Positions 35,013 to 36,361 of a stretch of 36,361 bases of DNA are shown here, in pieces. Every line of letters starts with the position of its first letter. Position 1 is the stretch's first letter. The notes under the pieces were generated by a model. The model saw only the letters and a list, made by a program, of their open reading frames with translations. It was not told the origin of the DNA and searched no databases. A program made the position numbers and the translations under genes. The DNA is from Octopus bimaculoides (lineage: Eukaryota): positions 2,576,032 through 2,612,392 of the forward strand of contig NC_069005.1 of assembly GCF_001194135.2 (NCBI RefSeq), in the 5' to 3' direction.

Positions 35013-36321
35013 TGTTTAACTACAATCTTGTATGTTTAAAATCTTAAAGGTAACGAAACTTTAATGCGCATCACGGAAATGCAGAATAGATTGTTGGAAA
35101 TTACAACCTCTTGGACCCCATAATGAAAATAGTGCCCCCTTGTCGAATACGTTTTTGCCCCTAAGTCCAAAGTGGTGTTTATATCCGGGTCAAAAACATT
35201 GGCGTAGCTGACATGTACTGTTTACGGGGCGATTTACTTGGGGTCAACTTCACTCCAAATACTTCAGTCAGGTCTACATGTTGTTGATACTCCCTACCAC
35301 ACACCTCAAGGCCCTGTAAAACACTATGATTTCAGCCCTTCATTTTGATTAAACGAAATAAAAATATTATTTACGGGGTAAGAATTAATTTGCAGCATTT
35401 TAGGTTGGTTTCCATAAGCTTTTGAAGGATATTATGTGAGTGAAATGGAATAATGTACATGTGGTGAAGAAAACGAAAAGAATCCCACACGAAAAAAAAT
35501 GCAGAGTATAGAATCCATCACAATTTCTGATCTGTGAATGAATCGTTAATTCATGGACACAAATAAATGCTTTTATCAAATCATTTCAAGATATGTCGTA
35601 TTAAAAATGGATTGAATGTTACGGAAGGAGAATATCTCTGACATAATGGTGATGATGAGAGAGCAGCATTCGATATGCTTCCTCTAATTACAGATACCGA
35701 TGCCAAAAAGGAACAGAGGAACCGTACCATTGTACAATTTACCTGCTTATTACCAAGGTTTATTCAGTACTTAAGTGGTTCCACTGCTGGATTTGGGAAA
35801 AATTTGAGGAATTTTTCTATTGGCTATATTTAAGTGTTAATGTATAATTTTCGTTTTTTTAGTCAAAGTTTTACCAAATTTTAAATTCCGTTTTTTCCCA
35901 CTTTCATGCACATATAAACCTTATGATTTCACATGCATTCTTCGCATTGATAATTTTTGCTCGGTCTTAAACTGCATTCTATTGCTTAAATGGAAACAAC
36001 TGCTTAACCATAAAGTAGGGCTGTGGGTTGTATTGCCGATCAGATTTTATAGATGCGATTTAAAACAAGTATTCAAATATTCACAATAGTTCGAAAGCAA
36101 TTATTTGCAGACAAAATAACCTGTGTTCCGAAGCGAATAGAAGAAATACTTTGTAGTATTACCATAATTAATTATATGTTATGTTATCATTTAAAATCAT
36201 GTTGGCAGATGCCATACGTTCTAATGTACATCCGAGAGACACGATTCTATGTAACAGTATGAGATGACCAAATCAAATGTGTGACCAGCTTGAGAATAAT
36301 AATACTGCTGATTATACATAC

Positions 36322-36361
<40 letters not shown>

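Overview
AT-rich, microsatellite-dense eukaryotic DNA with 16 N-gaps (about 4.7 kb in total), most of them opening at (TA)n, (CA)n or trinucleotide tracts. This pattern is typical of a short-read scaffold. The repeat complement (three tRNA-derived SINE families, mariner relics) looks like octopus; that is inferred from recalled repeat sequences, not from a search. I found no intact protein-coding gene, no genuine tRNA/rRNA gene and no CRISPR array. Nearly all ORF-track entries are translations of microsatellites, gaps or antisense strands of transposon relics. Supported content: three degenerate mariner transposase relics from different families (all minus strand), a Tx1/L1-clade LINE ORF2 fragment, weaker pogo/Tigger and Penelope-like relics, about 19 SINE copies or fragments (labelled here families A, B, C), and many simple repeats. 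The most unusual structure lies at 12484-14529. There, a roughly 380-bp patchwork sits inside a SINE, built mostly from exact inverted and direct copies of nearby sequence joined at 2-5-nt microhomologies. It is either a replication template-switch scar or a library/gap-filling chimera. I do not see a new biological system that I can support from this sequence.
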